A stretch of 64,000 nucleotides of DNA from Candidatus Latescibacterota bacterium (GCA_965203175.1 OZ241867.1:4256001-4320000); one strand, 5' to 3'; counted from the stretch's first letter, positions 48,899-59,919 are shown. Numbers and translations are program-made. The notes: generated by a model from the letters alone, not told the origin.

Positions 48899-50590
48899 AT
48901 GTGGGTTGTACTAGTTGTTATTGGGGCATTAGTAGGATGCGGGGGTGAGGCAGCGCGACCCCTTTTCGTCGATGTAGCCGCCGAAGCGGGAGTCCAATTG
49001 CGCACCGTATCTGGAACGCCGCAAAAAGAGCACATCGTCGAATGCAATACGGGCGGGACGGCCCTTTTAGACCACGACCTAGATGGGGACGTGGATATTT
49101 TCATTGTCAATGGCACGCGCCTCTCCGGCTATGCCCCAGGCCGAGAACCCCGCGCTGAGCTGTACCGCAACGACGGCGCTTGGCGATTTACAGGTGTTGG
49201 CCGAGAGGCTGGCGTCGCGCACGTGGGATGGGGTATGGGGGTCACGGCGGCTGACTACAATGCCGATGGATGGCCCGATCTGTACTTGGCGAACTACGGT
49301 CCCAATGCCCTGTACGAAAACGAGGGCGACGGCACGTTCGTCGATGTGGCGGCCGAGCGGGGCGTGGACTTTAGCGGCTGGAGCTCGTCTGCGGCCTTTG
49401 GCGACTACGACCTCGACGGCGACTTGGACTTTTACTTGGCTAATTACATCGACTTTGACCCGGCGTTTCGCCCGATTGATCCGAGCTATTGCACCTGGCG
49501 CGGGATAGACGTATTCTGCGGCCCGCGCGGGATGCCGGGCGAGCGGGATCAATTCTATCGCAACGACGGCCCGAGTGCGGGTTGGACTTTTACCGACGCC
49601 ACTGAGGCTTTTGGCATTGCCGACTACGAGTACTATGGTTTTGCCGCGCTGGCCGGCGACTGGGATGAGGACGGCGACTTGGACATTTACATTGCCAACG
49701 ATTCGACACCGAATGTGCTCTACCGCAACGACCAAGGTGCATTTGCGGATGTATCGCTCCTGTCGGCGACTGCGTACAGCGAGGACGGCCGCGAACAGGG
49801 CGGCATGGGTTTAGCGGGAGGCGACTACGATCAAGACGGCGATTTTGATCTCTTTGTCACCAATTTCTCGCACGACAATAACTCGCTCTACGACAACAAT
49901 GGCCGGGGGTTTTTCACCGACGCCAGTTTCAGTTCAGCCCTAGGCCGTGCGAGCATCAGTTCTTTAGGGTGGGGCACGGGTTTTTTCGATTACGACAACG
50001 ACGGCGACGACGACCTGTTCGTCGCCAACGGGCACGTGTACCCAGCCGTTGACCGCCGCGACTTGGGGACTCGCTACGCCCAGCGCAACCACCTGTTTGA
50101 GAATCGCGACGGCGCTTTTGTCGAAGTCGGTGCAGCCTCAGGTCCGGGCCTAGCAGTGGAAAAGTCCAGTCGCGGCTCGGCCTTCGGCGATTTGGACAAC
50201 GACGGCGACTTGGACCTTGTGGTGGTCAATATCGACGACACGCCGACCTTGCTGCGCAACGACGGGGGCAATCGCCACAACTATCTGATGGTGAGGCTGC
50301 TCGGCGATGGAGGAAATACAGAGGCCATTGGTGCGCGAGTCTCGGTGTCGGTGGGTGGTGCGGTGCAGATGCGGGAGGTGCGCGCGGGCACGAGCTATCT
50401 GTCACAGGACGACCTACGGCTGCACTTCGGCTTGGGGGCGGCGACCGAGGCCGATCACCTCGTGGTGCGCTGGCCCGATGGAGTGGAAGAGCGCATCGAC
50501 GGGGTGGCGGGCAATCGGCTGATTACCATCCGGCACGGCGCGGGTCTCGTCGCCGAGGGGTTTGGGCCAGTGCCGAGGCCGGGGCCGTGA
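48899..50590 (+). CDS. CRTAC1-family FG-GAP repeat protein with ASPIC/UnbV domain
   Basis: Multiple DYDxDGDLD repeats; 'AIGARV', 'SYLSQDD..LHFGLG', 'VRWPDG'; lipobox LVGC. Confidence 0.92.
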   Translation: MWVVLVVIGALVGCGGEAARPLFVDVAAEAGVQLRTVSGTPQKEHIVECNTGGTALLDHDLDGDVDIFIVNGTRLSGYAPGREPRAELYRNDGAWRFTGVGREAGVAHVGWGMGVTAADYNADGWPDLYLANYGPNALYENEGDGTFVDVAAERGVDFSGWSSSAAFGDYDLDGDLDFYLANYIDFDPAFRPIDPSYCTWRGIDVFCGPRGMPGERDQFYRNDGPSAGWTFTDATEAFGIADYEYYGFAALAGDWDEDGDLDIYIANDSTPNVLYRNDQGAFADVSLLSATAYSEDGREQGGMGLAGGDYDQDGDFDLFVTNFSHDNNSLYDNNGRGFFTDASFSSALGRASISSLGWGTGFFDYDNDGDDDLFVANGHVYPAVDRRDLGTRYAQRNHLFENRDGAFVEVGAASGPGLAVEKSSRGSAFGDLDNDGDLDLVVVNIDDTPTLLRNDGGNRHNYLMVRLLGDGGNTEAIGARVSVSVGGAVQMREVRAGTSYLSQDDLRLHFGLGAATEADHLVVRWPDGVEERIDGVAGNRLITIRHGAGLVAEGFGPVPRPGP

Positions 50591-52224
50591 AGGCGCGCTA
50601 CGGAATGGTCCTGCTGCTTTGTTGCAATGCTGCGGCGGAATCGCGTTTTGTCGATATCGCGCAATCCGCTGGGGTTGATTTCATCCACCGCAGCGGCGCG
50701 GCCGGCGCGCGCTATTTGCCCGAGACCTATGGCTCTGGAGCCGCGTTTTTGGATTTCGATGGCGATGGTGCGCTCGACCTGTACTTGGTCAACGCCGGGC
50801 GACTGCCTCAGTTGTCGGATGCGCCTGAAGCGGCCAACGCGCTTTTTCGCAACGAAGGTGCAGGCCGCTTCTCAGAGCAGACGGCGCAGGCTGGCGTCGG
50901 TGATCGCGGCTACGGCATGGGCGCAGCCGTTGGCGATTACGACAACGACGGCTGGGCCGACCTCTACGTCACCAATTTTGGCTCCAACGCGCTTTTCCAC
51001 AATCGCGGAGAGGGTCGCTTTGCCGATGTCACGGCCACAGCCAGCGTTGGCTGCCCGGGATGGGGGACGAGCGCGGCCTTTGCCGATGTGGATCTCGACG
51101 GGGATTTGGACCTATTCGTCGGCAACTACCTCGACTATCCAACCGAAGATCCGCTCGTGTGCCGGATCGGCAACAGCGAGGAGCGGCTCTACTGCGACCC
51201 GCGCAAGTTCGACGGCCAAGTCGACCGCCTCTATATCAACGAGGGTCGCGCCAGGGGTTGGGCTTTTGCCGACCGCACTGCAGCCTTCGGCCTCGCCAGC
51301 ACTGCCGGCAAAGAGTTAGGAGTCGTCTTTGGCGACTACGATCAAGACGGCGATCCTGACCTGTACTTGGCCAACGACCTCGTGCCCAACATGCTCTATC
51401 GCAACGACGGCGCGCGCTTTGTCGATCGCGGGCTTGCCAGCGGCACCAGCCTCAACGGCGAGGGGGTTGCCGAGGCCGGGATGGGAGTTGACATGGCCGA
51501 TGCAGACGGCGACGGCGACTTGGATCTATTCGTGACCAACTTCCAGTGGGAGAGCAACACCCTGTACAGCAACTTGGGTGGGGGGTTCTTTGCCGACGCG
51601 ACCGTAGCGTCGGGCATCACCCGTGCCAGTATGGCCTTTCTCGGGTTCGGCACGGGGTTTTTTGACTGCGACAATGACGGCGATCTCGACCTGTTTGTCG
51701 CCAATGGCCACGTGTACGACAACGTGGAAAAGGTCGATCGAGCGGCTGAGTACGCGCAGCGCAATCAGCTCCTAGAAAACACCGGTGCGGGCACTTTTGT
51801 CGACCGCGACGGCCGCGGCCCAGGACTGGCGCTGGTGCAGGTCAGTCGCGGTACTGCATTCGGCGATATCGACAGCGACGGCGACTTGGATATTGCGGTG
51901 AACAACTCCAATGAACGGCCAGCCCTGTTGCGCAACGACGCAGATGCCGGCGGGTGGTTGGGGCTTAGGTTGCGGGGCGCGGCGAGCAATCGCGACGCCA
52001 TTGGGGCGCGAATCGCGCTGACGACTGGCGGCCGCACTCTCGTGCGCGAGGTTCGCCGCAACGCGAGCTATCTGTCGTCGAACGATCCCCGAGTGCTCTT
52101 TGGCCTTGGGGATGCCGAGGTCGCCGAGCGGGTTGAGATCCGCTGGCCGTCCGGCGTCATCCAAGTTGTCGAGACCCTGCCCGGGCGGCAATACGTGGCC
52201 ATAGAGGAGGAGACTAGCCAGTGA
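50587..52224 (+). CDS. CRTAC1-family FG-GAP repeat protein with ASPIC/UnbV domain (paralog)
   Basis: DFDGDG/DYDNDG repeats; 'AIGARI', 'SYLSSND..VLFGLG', 'IRWPSG'. Confidence 0.92.
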   Translation: MKARYGMVLLLCCNAAAESRFVDIAQSAGVDFIHRSGAAGARYLPETYGSGAAFLDFDGDGALDLYLVNAGRLPQLSDAPEAANALFRNEGAGRFSEQTAQAGVGDRGYGMGAAVGDYDNDGWADLYVTNFGSNALFHNRGEGRFADVTATASVGCPGWGTSAAFADVDLDGDLDLFVGNYLDYPTEDPLVCRIGNSEERLYCDPRKFDGQVDRLYINEGRARGWAFADRTAAFGLASTAGKELGVVFGDYDQDGDPDLYLANDLVPNMLYRNDGARFVDRGLASGTSLNGEGVAEAGMGVDMADADGDGDLDLFVTNFQWESNTLYSNLGGGFFADATVASGITRASMAFLGFGTGFFDCDNDGDLDLFVANGHVYDNVEKVDRAAEYAQRNQLLENTGAGTFVDRDGRGPGLALVQVSRGTAFGDIDSDGDLDIAVNNSNERPALLRNDADAGGWLGLRLRGAASNRDAIGARIALTTGGRTLVREVRRNASYLSSNDPRVLFGLGDAEVAERVEIRWPSGVIQVVETLPGRQYVAIEEETSQ

Positions 52225-53609
52225 CTAAATGGATTTCGTTCGCACTGAGCATTGCGCTGGCAGTCGGCTGCGAGACCAAGCCGGAAGCCCCGCCCGCTCA
52301 GCCGGTAATGCAGCCGCCTCCAGTTGAGGACCCGCTGCTGATCGGGCGTGCCCTGTTGCGGCAGAAGCGCTACGCGGATGCGCTCGAGGTGTATGGGGAA
52401 GCGCGCAAGCGCCATCCGCAGTCGGGCGAGGTGCTGGCCACGTTGGGCCGGATCCATTTGGCCTTGGGCCAGTCCGAAGAGGCGACCCAATTCTACGAAA
52501 TGGCCGTGGCCCTTGAATCCGATCAGCCCGAATGGCTCGTTGCCCTAGGCAATGTGCATCTGAAACTGAGCCGCTACGACGAAGCCCATGCCGCGTTTGC
52601 TGCGGCCTTGGCCTTGGACTCGACGTACGCGCCAGCGCGGCGCAACAAGGCGGCGGTGTACAGCAAGCAGGGGCGGTTGGGCGACGCCGCTCACGAATAC
52701 GAGCGCGCCTTAGCACTGCGTCCCGAACACCTCCACACCCGCTTTAACCTCGGGCTGGTGTACGCCGGTTTAGGCCGCTATGCAGACGCCAGCGAGGCCC
52801 TGCAACAGGTCTTGACGGCAGCGCCGAAAAATGCGCGCGCACTCTACGCGATGGGGGAAATTCGGCTACAGGACGACGACGACAAGGGAGCAGTCGAGTA
52901 CTTTGAGCGCACGCTGGCGGCCGACACTACGTACGCGGAGGCGCATCTGCAATTGGGGAGGATCCAGATGCGCCAAAACGATCTAGCGGCTGCGGCCGAT
53001 CACTTCCGCCGGACCATTCTAATCGAACCTGGGCTTGCCGAGTCCTTCCGTCTGCTAGGCCAGATCCACCTGCGGCAGGGCCGTGAGGCAGCCGGAGAAA
53101 AATCTCTCGCCGCCTACGAGAAGATTAAGCGGGTCGAAGGGGATATCCAGCGCTATCGCGAGCAGGTACGCAGCGATCCGGACGACGCCGAAGCTCATTA
53201 TAGCTTAGGTTTTATATACAACCGCTTAGGGTTTACCGGCGTGGCCCTGCCGCACTACGCCCAAGCTGTGCGGATCAACCCCGCACATGTGCGGGCGCTG
53301 AACAACATGGGCAATATCTACTTGCGCACTGGCCATTTCGATCAAGCGGCAGCCGCCTATCAGCAGATCGTCCAACAAGACCCCGAGCACGTGGCCGCCT
53401 TTGTGGCCCTCGGTCAGGTTTATTTGAACCAGCAGCGCACGGATGAAGCCATCGCCATGCTCAACCGCGCCCTCGCGCTCGACGAAAACTGGCTCGGTGC
53501 CCACCAAGCCTTGGCCGAAGCCTACAAGCGGCTGGGGCAGATTGCCAAAAGCGAAGAACACAAACGCATGGCCGACGCTTTGATTAGAAAGCAAAAAGAT
53601 GACCAATAA
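52221..53609 (+). CDS. TPR-repeat lipoprotein
   Basis: Lipobox AVGC; TPR repeats throughout. Confidence 0.9.
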   Translation: MTKWISFALSIALAVGCETKPEAPPAQPVMQPPPVEDPLLIGRALLRQKRYADALEVYGEARKRHPQSGEVLATLGRIHLALGQSEEATQFYEMAVALESDQPEWLVALGNVHLKLSRYDEAHAAFAAALALDSTYAPARRNKAAVYSKQGRLGDAAHEYERALALRPEHLHTRFNLGLVYAGLGRYADASEALQQVLTAAPKNARALYAMGEIRLQDDDDKGAVEYFERTLAADTTYAEAHLQLGRIQMRQNDLAAAADHFRRTILIEPGLAESFRLLGQIHLRQGREAAGEKSLAAYEKIKRVEGDIQRYREQVRSDPDDAEAHYSLGFIYNRLGFTGVALPHYAQAVRINPAHVRALNNMGNIYLRTGHFDQAAAAYQQIVQQDPEHVAAFVALGQVYLNQQRTDEAIAMLNRALALDENWLGAHQALAEAYKRLGQIAKSEEHKRMADALIRKQKDDQ

Positions 53610-55362
53610 CGCGAAAAAATGGGTGGGGCTTGCAGCTTGTGCGCTCCTTCTTTGTTGCGCCCAAGAGTCGGCGGTCCCGACTGCGGAGAGTGGTGGTTTA
53701 GTGGTAGTTGGTACCGCTTTGGCCCAAGTTGGCGACGACCTAATCGACGAGCGCGAATTCCGCCGCTACGAAGCGCAGATCCAACCGCAGCACCACTCGT
53801 TAGCGCACGGCGTGGAAAAGCACCGCGAGCACCTGATAAGTTTGATCGACATCAAGCTCATGGTGCGCGAGGCGTATGCGCGGGGATTGGACAAAAATCC
53901 CGCATGGATCAAAGCTGTGGACCTAGCTCGGCACAAGGCCATGGTCGAAGCCTATATACGCAAGCAGGTCGGTCTACAAATCGAGATTTCCGAAGACGAG
54001 CTGCGAGCCAATTTTGCCGCGCATCCGGCTCGCCACGCCGTGCGCGGTGCGCACATCCTGCTCGACAGCCGCGCCCGCGCTGATTCTATCTACGCGGAGA
54101 TCACATCAGGTCGGGCCACCTTTGAGGACATGGCGCGCAAGCACTCGCTGGACGAGGCGACTGCGGCCGCTGGGGGCTGGTTTGATTCGTACTATGCCTT
54201 TGACCGGGTCTCAGACCGAGTGTACGAGCGCGTGTTCTCGTTGGACGTAGGCGAGGTCAGCCAGCCTTTTCGCACGCCCCAAGGCTGGGAAATCGCCAAG
54301 GTAGTAGATAAGAAATTGGTGCCTTTTGAGAAGTATCGCACGGTGATCCAGCGGGCGACTTTTCTCGAAAAAATCGAGAACTTGCGCAGCGAGCACATCG
54401 ACAAGCTGGTCGCCGAGAGCGGCTTGCGCCCGGTGGGGGAGCAGGTGCGGCGCTTCGTCGCGGCGTGGAACGAACAGCCTGGCTCGCCGCAGTTAACGCC
54501 CGAGGAGTGGGCCGCCCCGCTCTATGAGTACGATGGCGGCGTCATCACTGTGCAGCAGGGCAGCTATTTGCTGCACAATACGCGGCTGGGCCACGCCCAA
54601 ATCGACAGCGCCTTGCTCGACGATCGAATCCGCCGCCGTGGGGCACCAGATCTACTATTGGGCTTGGCGGCCGAGCGCGGTGGATACGGCGAGCGGCCAG
54701 AGGTGCAGGAGAAAGTGGAAGCCGAAAAGGAGCGGCTGCTGCTGCAAGGGCTGTGGGAAGAACTACTCGAAAATGCCCTAGCGGTGAGCGAAGAGGAAAC
54801 GCGTGCCCACTACGAGGCGCATCCAGAGATGTACTGGGCACCAGAGGAAATCGTGGTCCAAGAAATCATGGTCGCCGACGAGTCGCTTGCACAAGAGCTG
54901 CTGGAGCAGATTCGCAACGGGGCCGACATGGCCGCACTGGCAACCAAACACAGCATCCGCCGCGACGCGGATGAAAACGGCGGCCTCTACGCGCTGCGCG
55001 CATTTGAAAAAATCGTTTACAAGGAGCTAATGGACGCGGCCATATCCGCGCCCGAAAGGGAATTGCAAGGCCCAATTGAACTAGCCAGCCCCTTGCCGTC
55101 TTCCTTGCGCGACCCTCGCCCCTTAGAAAGGGCCTTTTCGATCTTCAAGGTCTTGCAGCGTCGGCCCAAGCGAGTGCAAGAATACGACTTGATCCAACAG
55201 AAGGCCTACTACTTGGCTCGGCAAGCAAAGCAACAGCGCGAATTGCGAACCCTCAACCTGCAGTTGCGCGACAAGTGGCACAGTGCATGGGGCATCAACG
55301 ACGACGCACTGGCTGAGTACGCACTCGCCGTTGATAGAGAGAAAAAAGCGCCGCTGCCGTAA
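53599..55362 (+). CDS. exported parvulin-type peptidyl-prolyl isomerase/chaperone (SurA/PrsA-like, two PpiC domains)
   Basis: 'AHILL...FEDMARKHSLD...GG', 'GEVSQPFRTPQGW', second 'QEIMV...ALATKHS'. Confidence 0.85.
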   Translation: MTNNAKKWVGLAACALLLCCAQESAVPTAESGGLVVVGTALAQVGDDLIDEREFRRYEAQIQPQHHSLAHGVEKHREHLISLIDIKLMVREAYARGLDKNPAWIKAVDLARHKAMVEAYIRKQVGLQIEISEDELRANFAAHPARHAVRGAHILLDSRARADSIYAEITSGRATFEDMARKHSLDEATAAAGGWFDSYYAFDRVSDRVYERVFSLDVGEVSQPFRTPQGWEIAKVVDKKLVPFEKYRTVIQRATFLEKIENLRSEHIDKLVAESGLRPVGEQVRRFVAAWNEQPGSPQLTPEEWAAPLYEYDGGVITVQQGSYLLHNTRLGHAQIDSALLDDRIRRRGAPDLLLGLAAERGGYGERPEVQEKVEAEKERLLLQGLWEELLENALAVSEEETRAHYEAHPEMYWAPEEIVVQEIMVADESLAQELLEQIRNGADMAALATKHSIRRDADENGGLYALRAFEKIVYKELMDAAISAPERELQGPIELASPLPSSLRDPRPLERAFSIFKVLQRRPKRVQEYDLIQQKAYYLARQAKQQRELRTLNLQLRDKWHSAWGINDDALAEYALAVDREKKAPLP

Positions 55363-55399
55363 ATTTTTTATACTATATAGTCTAGCGGGAGAAGAAGTT

Positions 55400-57451
55400 A
55401 TGAAACGTCTAGCGAATTTGTGGCTTTGGTTTCTCGTCGCAGCATCGGCTACGGCCGCGGCGGCGGACATTTCTTTGTGGCAGATCGGAGGGAGTGGCCT
55501 TCGGTGGGCCGATAGCGACTCGGCTCAAGTGATGATCGACTTTGCCAGCCCGAATAACTCAATCCAGCCGGTGCTGGTCAGCGCGGATACGACGGTCTTT
55601 CCCCTGCTCGAAAACTGGTCGCCAAAAAAGAATCCAGACGAGCTGGGTTTTGTCGATGGCGAGCGGCCCCGCGCTTGGAAGGGCCAGGCCGGCACCTCTT
55701 CGACGGTTGACAACGCGCTCAACCTCATCGACGGCAGCGGCAAGACGTACAATCCGGTGACTAGCAACAGCATTAACAGCGAGTACTACACCATTGATTT
55801 GGGGGTGCCGGTGCCGTTGTTCCGCTTTGCCATGAGCACGCCGGACAAGGGGTTTTTCCGCTCGGATGGAACCCCGCTAGAGGAAGACGCCATCCCGGCC
55901 TTTGAAGTGTCGATCGCCCCAGACACCAACAACGACGTGCTGCACACGCCCAACGGGCCCCCTATCGGGGAAATCATCGCCGAGGCGCGCGAGAATGTCG
56001 TCCCCAAGATTGTGGCTGATTTTCCCCTGCAATACGTGCGCTATGTCCGCTACAAGCGCAAGAATTCGATCCTCGACGAGGCGACGAATCAGTCGTCTGG
56101 GCATTCGGGCACGGCGCGCAAGGGGACGGTGGCCGAGTTCTTTCTCTGGGGAGAGGGAATCCCCAAGCGGGCCACGTACAAGACGTTCATTTTTGACCTC
56201 GGCACGGTCGTCAACTTCGGTCGGCTGTTCTGGAAGGCCACGCCCATGCGCCTAGTCGACGGCGTGGCCGAGGAAGCTCCGGATGCCAACGTGCAAATCG
56301 AGGTCGAAGCGCGCACTGGGATCGACGCAGATCCAGACATCTACTACGAATTCACGGATATGGGGACGCGCGTCGTCGTCGAGCAAAAACGCTATCAGGG
56401 CGTGCTGAAAAACCAGAGCGCGGCCGTTACGAATGCCGATGGGTTGGGCGGAACCCTGACTCTTTCCACGCGGCCCAAGCCGGGGCTCCGCGCTGGCATT
56501 GAGTACGACCAACAAAACTGGACGTTTTGGTCTTTTCCGACGACCGAGTCCGACCGACCCCTCAATCTCAATCGGGGATCCCATCTGCAAATTAAGGTGG
56601 TGCTGCACAGCGAGCGGTTCGACGAATTCGTGCGCCTCGATTCCCTGTGGATTGAGACCTCGCCGATCTTGGCCAGTCGCGTCGTGGCCGAGGTGGCCGA
56701 GCTTGGCCAGCCCAACCCGGCGCGCGGTGTGGCCGAGGTCCCCTTGGGCGAGATGACGGACTTCACCTACGACATCAAGGCGGAATTCGCGGCTGGTGAG
56801 GTGGGTTTTGACGCCCTGCGGATTAGCACCGGCAGCACCCAGACCGAGTTCAAAGGGCTGGAAGTGGATGGAATTGCAACCGATCCAGCCGGGGTAGAGG
56901 TTGTGGACGACGGCTTTGTGGTGCAGTTGCCGCAGCGCATAAACAGTGCCTACAATCCGAATTTACGGGTGACCTTTGCCGCCGAAGTCTTCGACTTTGC
57001 GCGCACCTTTGAAGGCGAGGTCTTTAACTCCGGTGGTACCGAGCTGCCACAGCCTGTCGAAAGTGGGGACGTCAGCGATGCGATCGGCACCAATAGCCTG
57101 CGGGTTTTGGCTGCAAGCGCGACCAATCCGCAGTTAGTGCAGGATGTGCGGTTTTCCAGCGGCGTGGTCACTCCTAACGGCGACGGAGTCAATGACGAGT
57201 TGGTCATTTCCTACTCGCTCTTCGCCCTGCCACAATCGGTGCCGGTGCAGTTGCAAGTGTTTTCGCTGGACGGTCGCCGAGTGGCTCAAGTCCAGCGCGG
57301 TCAGCAGGGGTCCGGTCCCCAGCAATTGCACTGGGATGGCCGCGACCAACGCGGTGAGACGCTCGCCCCGGGCCTTTATCTTTTGGGGATCGGCATTGAG
57401 GCCGAAGACAAGAGCGCCCTACAACTGCGGCCCATTAACATCGCTTATTGA
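55400..57451 (+). CDS. large exported protein with TPNGDGxND/FlgD-Ig C-domain (paralog 2)
   Basis: Signal peptide; 'VTPNGDGVNDE', 'WDGRD..G..LAPGLY'; ends NIAY; same subfamily as 42924. Confidence 0.85.
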   Translation: MKRLANLWLWFLVAASATAAAADISLWQIGGSGLRWADSDSAQVMIDFASPNNSIQPVLVSADTTVFPLLENWSPKKNPDELGFVDGERPRAWKGQAGTSSTVDNALNLIDGSGKTYNPVTSNSINSEYYTIDLGVPVPLFRFAMSTPDKGFFRSDGTPLEEDAIPAFEVSIAPDTNNDVLHTPNGPPIGEIIAEARENVVPKIVADFPLQYVRYVRYKRKNSILDEATNQSSGHSGTARKGTVAEFFLWGEGIPKRATYKTFIFDLGTVVNFGRLFWKATPMRLVDGVAEEAPDANVQIEVEARTGIDADPDIYYEFTDMGTRVVVEQKRYQGVLKNQSAAVTNADGLGGTLTLSTRPKPGLRAGIEYDQQNWTFWSFPTTESDRPLNLNRGSHLQIKVVLHSERFDEFVRLDSLWIETSPILASRVVAEVAELGQPNPARGVAEVPLGEMTDFTYDIKAEFAAGEVGFDALRISTGSTQTEFKGLEVDGIATDPAGVEVVDDGFVVQLPQRINSAYNPNLRVTFAAEVFDFARTFEGEVFNSGGTELPQPVESGDVSDAIGTNSLRVLAASATNPQLVQDVRFSSGVVTPNGDGVNDELVISYSLFALPQSVPVQLQVFSLDGRRVAQVQRGQQGSGPQQLHWDGRDQRGETLAPGLYLLGIGIEAEDKSALQLRPINIAY

Positions 57452-57462
57452 GGGAAGCACTC

Positions 57463-59919
57463 ATGTTCAATCGAGCCACCGCCTTAGTGCTGCTGCTCAC
57501 CTGCCACGCCCGCGCCGAGTTTCTCACCTTCGACAGCCAAGAGACCTGGGAGGCCAACTGGTCGCTTAAGCCGCAGTTAAACGTCTTCACCCCAGAGGGG
57601 CACTTGGGGCTGATCAAGTTCCGCAAGGACATCAATGCCACGCTCGACGCCCATCTCTTCGTCCACCCGACCAATGAGCGCGGGGATGTGCCCGGCGGCA
57701 TCTGGTCTGCGCTGAGTAACCCCAACACCGCTCCCCGGATCATAGACGGGGATGCAGCCACCTTTTGGAAGCCAGCCGGCGGCGACCCGCTCGACAAGTG
57801 GATCGTGCAAATCGACTTGGGTCGCGCGGTACTGGCCAAAGAGATCCGCCTCCACTTCCCCGATGAAGAGGGGGCCAAGCCCTTTCGTCAGTTCAGCGTT
57901 TTCGCTTCTACAGGTGCCCACGTGGCGGCCTTAGAGGACGTATATCGCTTCGCGCCAATCTATCGCACGACCAAGCCCAACTTGGATACGTATGTCAGCT
58001 TTGGGTTCAAGCCGGCTGTGGAGGATACCACCCGCGCTGTAGAACAACTGAGCGGTGCCGGAGGCAGCGCGGATTTTACCGCTCCGGAGTTTACCGGTGA
58101 TGCCAATACCGCCACCACGGGAGGTCGCAACAAGGTAGTGGCTACCGGCCAAGCGGATTCGCGGGTAGCCGCTAACTCTAGGTGGCAAATGATCCAGTTC
58201 ATCCGCTTCCTCGTCGATGAGCACCAGCTCGATGGCGCGCTTGCCGAAATCGAAGTCATTACCGTTGGCGACAACATCAGCCTTGGGGTCGAGGAAAAGG
58301 GCGGCACGTACATCAATGGATCGCGGGCGACCGACCCCTTCTTTTGGCTCGACGGAGATCTTAATACGTACGGGGTCATCGAGGTGCATCAGCAGTTTAC
58401 TGAGTCGCGCGGCACGGCCTATGAAGGGGGCTTGTGGTGGCAGGTGGATCTGGGGGCGACCTACTGGGTGGACGACGCGTTCGTCTATTGGCAAAAAGCT
58501 GGCGAGCGTCTGGCCGACTTCCGCTTGGGTACCAATAACGCCGGCACAGGGTACACTTTCTTCTCTTCCGACGGCACCAAGACCCTGACCGGTGAAATTG
58601 ACTTTGATACGTGGATTTTTGAACCGGAATGGGCCAACGAGCGCGAGAAATACAAGCGGCACTATCGCTATTTGTTCAATCCGCGCAAGGTGCGGCATAT
58701 CTTCTGGCTGGCCCTACACGACTTGGGTTGGCGCGCCCATCCCATGGAGCTACAGATGTTCTCCCCAGGCCACCCGGCCGAAGTCGTGATCCAATCCAAT
58801 TTTTTGGATCTGAGCGCGCTTGCTGGCGACGGACAGCCCAAGGTGATCAAGGCCCTCCACTACGACGCTGATCTGCCGCCCAATACTCAGATTGAACTGC
58901 GTTCCCGCTCGGGCAACGAGATGGGCGAGGTGTACACTTTTCACAACAAGATCGGCGAGGTCGTCACTGAGGAGAAGTGGAACAGCTCGCCCAAGGTACT
59001 GCGGGGCCGAGTGGATACCTCGGTCGTCGTTGGGGAGACTTGGAGCGAGTGGAGCAACGTGTACAAGCTGTCGGGCGAGCCTTTTAAGTCGGATTCGCCG
59101 CGCAAATTCGTGCAGCTAGAGTTGGTTATGAGCACGGAAGACCCGGAGGTGGCTCCCACAGTGCGCTCGGTCGAACTGGAGTTTGTCGATGCGCTGGTCA
59201 ACGAGGCGCGCGGATCGATTCTACCGCGCCAAGCCAAGCCCAACGAGGCTACCCGTTTCACTTATATGCTGTGGCCGTCCGTGACCCCGGAGAACACGGG
59301 CTTTGATCGCCTGCGCTTGGTCGTGCCCGACCTAGTGCAGGCCGAGGAAGTCGAGGTAATGATCGCCGGTCAGGTGGTCGTGCCAACCGCTATGGATATT
59401 GCCGCTGATTCGCTGCTGATCAACTTGCCGCAGGTAGTCCAAGGCGACTCCGTGCAGGTCGCTTTCACCACTCGGCTGGTGCGGAATGCCGCGGTTGTAG
59501 AAGCCGATCTGGGCCTGAGCGATGCGCCGGGCCTGTGGCAAGATGTCGAGCCGGCCGAGCGCCGATCTAACGTGGTACTTCTACCTGAACTGGCCGACAG
59601 CGACCGCTTGATTGGCGACTTGCAGCTTTCGAGCCGGGTACTCACGCCCAATGGCGATGGGGTCAACGACGCTGTGGAGTTGAGCTTTGTCGTCTTCAAG
59701 GCCCAAGATGCGGTGCCCATAGTCGAGGTGAGCGACTTGGTAGGCCGGCCCGTGGCCCAATTGACGCCGGTCTCAGAGGGACCGACTCGCCGCTTTGAGT
59801 GGAATGGCCAAAACGCAGCCGGCGCGATTGTGCCCCCGGGCATCTATCTCTGGCGCATAGACGTAAACGCAGACTCAGGCGATGCCATTGAGCTGCGCGT
59901 CGTCGAGGTGGCGTACTGA
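57463..59919 (+). CDS. large exported protein with discoidin-like modules and TPNGDGxND/FlgD-Ig C-domain (paralog 3)
   Basis: 'IIDGDAATFW...WIVQIDLG', 'LTPNGDGVNDA', 'VPPGIY'; ends EVAY. Confidence 0.85.
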   Translation: MFNRATALVLLLTCHARAEFLTFDSQETWEANWSLKPQLNVFTPEGHLGLIKFRKDINATLDAHLFVHPTNERGDVPGGIWSALSNPNTAPRIIDGDAATFWKPAGGDPLDKWIVQIDLGRAVLAKEIRLHFPDEEGAKPFRQFSVFASTGAHVAALEDVYRFAPIYRTTKPNLDTYVSFGFKPAVEDTTRAVEQLSGAGGSADFTAPEFTGDANTATTGGRNKVVATGQADSRVAANSRWQMIQFIRFLVDEHQLDGALAEIEVITVGDNISLGVEEKGGTYINGSRATDPFFWLDGDLNTYGVIEVHQQFTESRGTAYEGGLWWQVDLGATYWVDDAFVYWQKAGERLADFRLGTNNAGTGYTFFSSDGTKTLTGEIDFDTWIFEPEWANEREKYKRHYRYLFNPRKVRHIFWLALHDLGWRAHPMELQMFSPGHPAEVVIQSNFLDLSALAGDGQPKVIKALHYDADLPPNTQIELRSRSGNEMGEVYTFHNKIGEVVTEEKWNSSPKVLRGRVDTSVVVGETWSEWSNVYKLSGEPFKSDSPRKFVQLELVMSTEDPEVAPTVRSVELEFVDALVNEARGSILPRQAKPNEATRFTYMLWPSVTPENTGFDRLRLVVPDLVQAEEVEVMIAGQVVVPTAMDIAADSLLINLPQVVQGDSVQVAFTTRLVRNAAVVEADLGLSDAPGLWQDVEPAERRSNVVLLPELADSDRLIGDLQLSSRVLTPNGDGVNDAVELSFVVFKAQDAVPIVEVSDLVGRPVAQLTPVSEGPTRRFEWNGQNAAGAIVPPGIYLWRIDVNADSGDAIELRVVEVAY

